Positions 23,770-24,755 of a stretch of DNA of 24,755 bases are shown here, one piece after another (position 1 is the stretch's first letter; each line of letters starts with the position of its first letter). Under the pieces are notes generated by a model. It ran no database searches. It saw only the letters and a list, made by a program, of their open reading frames with translations, and was not told the DNA's origin. Source of the stretch: a virus (lineage: Duplodnaviria; Caudoviricetes). The stretch lies in IMG/VR virus record IMGVR_UViG_3300031654_000090, positions 1-24,755 of that record; one strand, written 5' to 3'. The position numbers and the translations under genes were made by a program.

Positions 23770-24755
23770 ATGGCAATAGACGTAGGAAAATCATTATACT
23801 GGAAAACCGGAATTGATAATACAGGACTTCAGAGGGGAACAGCTCAGGGACTTGGTATTTTGAAAGGCTTTGCCGGCAAGGTTACCGGCATGAATCTTTT
23901 TGGCGGGTTAACTATTGCAGCCGGAATAGCTTTCGGAGCAATGTCAGTAAATGCTTACCAGTTTGCTAAAGACTATGAAACGGCAATGCTGGAAGTAAAA
24001 ACCATTTCCCAGGCCGTTCAGGATGATTACGAAGGTATGGCACAGGCGATAATAGATTTATCAGCCAGAGTGCCGGATAGTGCTGAGCAGCTTGCTAAAG
24101 CTTATTATCAGATCGTTTCAGCCGGTTACGATGGAGCAGAAGGATTACAATTGCTTGAGGCGAGCTCAAAGGCCGCAGTAGCAGGTGTATCCGATACGCT
24201 AACAGCAGCAGACGGACTGACGACAATACTCAACGCATGGAAGATTGAGGCTAAAGATGTAAACAGCGTTACTGATAAGCTCTTCCAGACTGTTAAGCTG
24301 GGTAAGACAACCTTCGGAGAGATATCAAGTGGCATTGCACAGGTTGCAGCCCTTGCTTCTTCAATGGGTGTAAGCTTTGATGAAATTTCCGGAGCAGTAG
24401 CTACACTTACAAAGCAAGGGGTACCGACAGCTCAGGCATTTACTCAGATACGCTCCTCTCTTATATCTATGTCGGAGGTTCTTGGTGACGGGTGGAGCGA
24501 TATAATGACTTATCAGGAAGGCTTAGCTAAGGTAAGGGAAATGTCAGGTGGAAGCCAGGTTGCGCTTCGTGAAATGGTAGGCCGGGTTGAAGCTATGAAT
24601 GCTGTACTGGGAATGACAGGTACTAACGCTCAGATGGCAGCCGACGACCTTCAGGCAATGGCAGAAGCAACGGGAGCAGCCGGTGACGCTTTTGAGATAA
24701 TGGCGCAAAGTGCTGATAACCAGCTTAAGATATTCCAGAACAAGCTAACAGCAAT
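23770..24755 (+). CDS. Tape measure protein (TP901-type), 3' truncated by the window; not in the ORF track
   Basis: Begins MAIDVGKSLYWKTGIDN; Ala/Gly-rich with AYYQIVSAG and DKLFQTVKLGKTTFGEI motifs; no stop seen before the window end. Confidence 0.9.
   Translation, partial: MAIDVGKSLYWKTGIDNTGLQRGTAQGLGILKGFAGKVTGMNLFGGLTIAAGIAFGAMSVNAYQFAKDYETAMLEVKTISQAVQDDYEGMAQAIIDLSARVPDSAEQLAKAYYQIVSAGYDGAEGLQLLEASSKAAVAGVSDTLTAADGLTTILNAWKIEAKDVNSVTDKLFQTVKLGKTTFGEISSGIAQVAALASSMGVSFDEISGAVATLTKQGVPTAQAFTQIRSSLISMSEVLGDGWSDIMTYQEGLAKVREMSGGSQVALREMVGRVEAMNAVLGMTGTNAQMAADDLQAMAEATGAAGDAFEIMAQSADNQLKIFQNKLTA

Larger units (their letters stand above)
25..24755 (+). mobile_element. Temperate siphovirus-like prophage, left part; continues beyond the window
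   Basis: tRNA-adjacent integrase followed by immunity, recombination, replication, packaging, head and tail modules in canonical order; tail tube, chaperone and tape measure genes with no sheath gene seen. Confidence 0.95.

Noticed and set aside
533-24335. Minus-strand and alternate-frame ORFs nested in long genes (e.g. 533-736, 993-1181, 4221-4478, 15169-15513, 17341-17700, 23178-23630, 24126-24335)
   Set aside because: Shadows of well-supported + strand genes, with no motifs or plausible start context.

Overview
The window is the left about 25 kb of a temperate long-tailed (siphovirus-like) prophage integrated at a tRNA-Arg(ACG) gene. The host is most likely Bacteroidota, inferred from TAnnTTTG -7 promoter boxes, A-rich start regions lacking Shine-Dalgarno motifs, and the integrase type. 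Gene order: tRNA/att with arm-type repeats; tyrosine integrase; divergent XRE repressor; Xis-like HTH; RecE-like/RecT/SSB/NinB/HNH recombination block; replication initiator with internal iterons; DnaB; DnaA-domain-IV-like protein; a ParB + ParB-methyltransferase + unknown trio; TerS/TerL; portal; MuF head protein fused to an R-S-ExE ADP-ribosyltransferase followed by a small Cys/His protein; a Com-like zinc finger (not in the ORF track) followed by a repeat-overlapped terminator; scaffold, decoration and capsid genes; neck and tail genes; tail chaperone with a -1 frame extension; and a tape measure gene cut by the window end. The best candidates for undescribed biology are (1) the Com/terminator switch gating the head-tail operon, (2) the MuF-ART effector with its putative immunity partner, (3) the ParB/methyltransferase trio next to the terminase, and (4) a six-copy start-associated motif and a 19-bp operator shared by att/int and the early promoter. 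All assignments come from motif recognition by eye; no database search was run.
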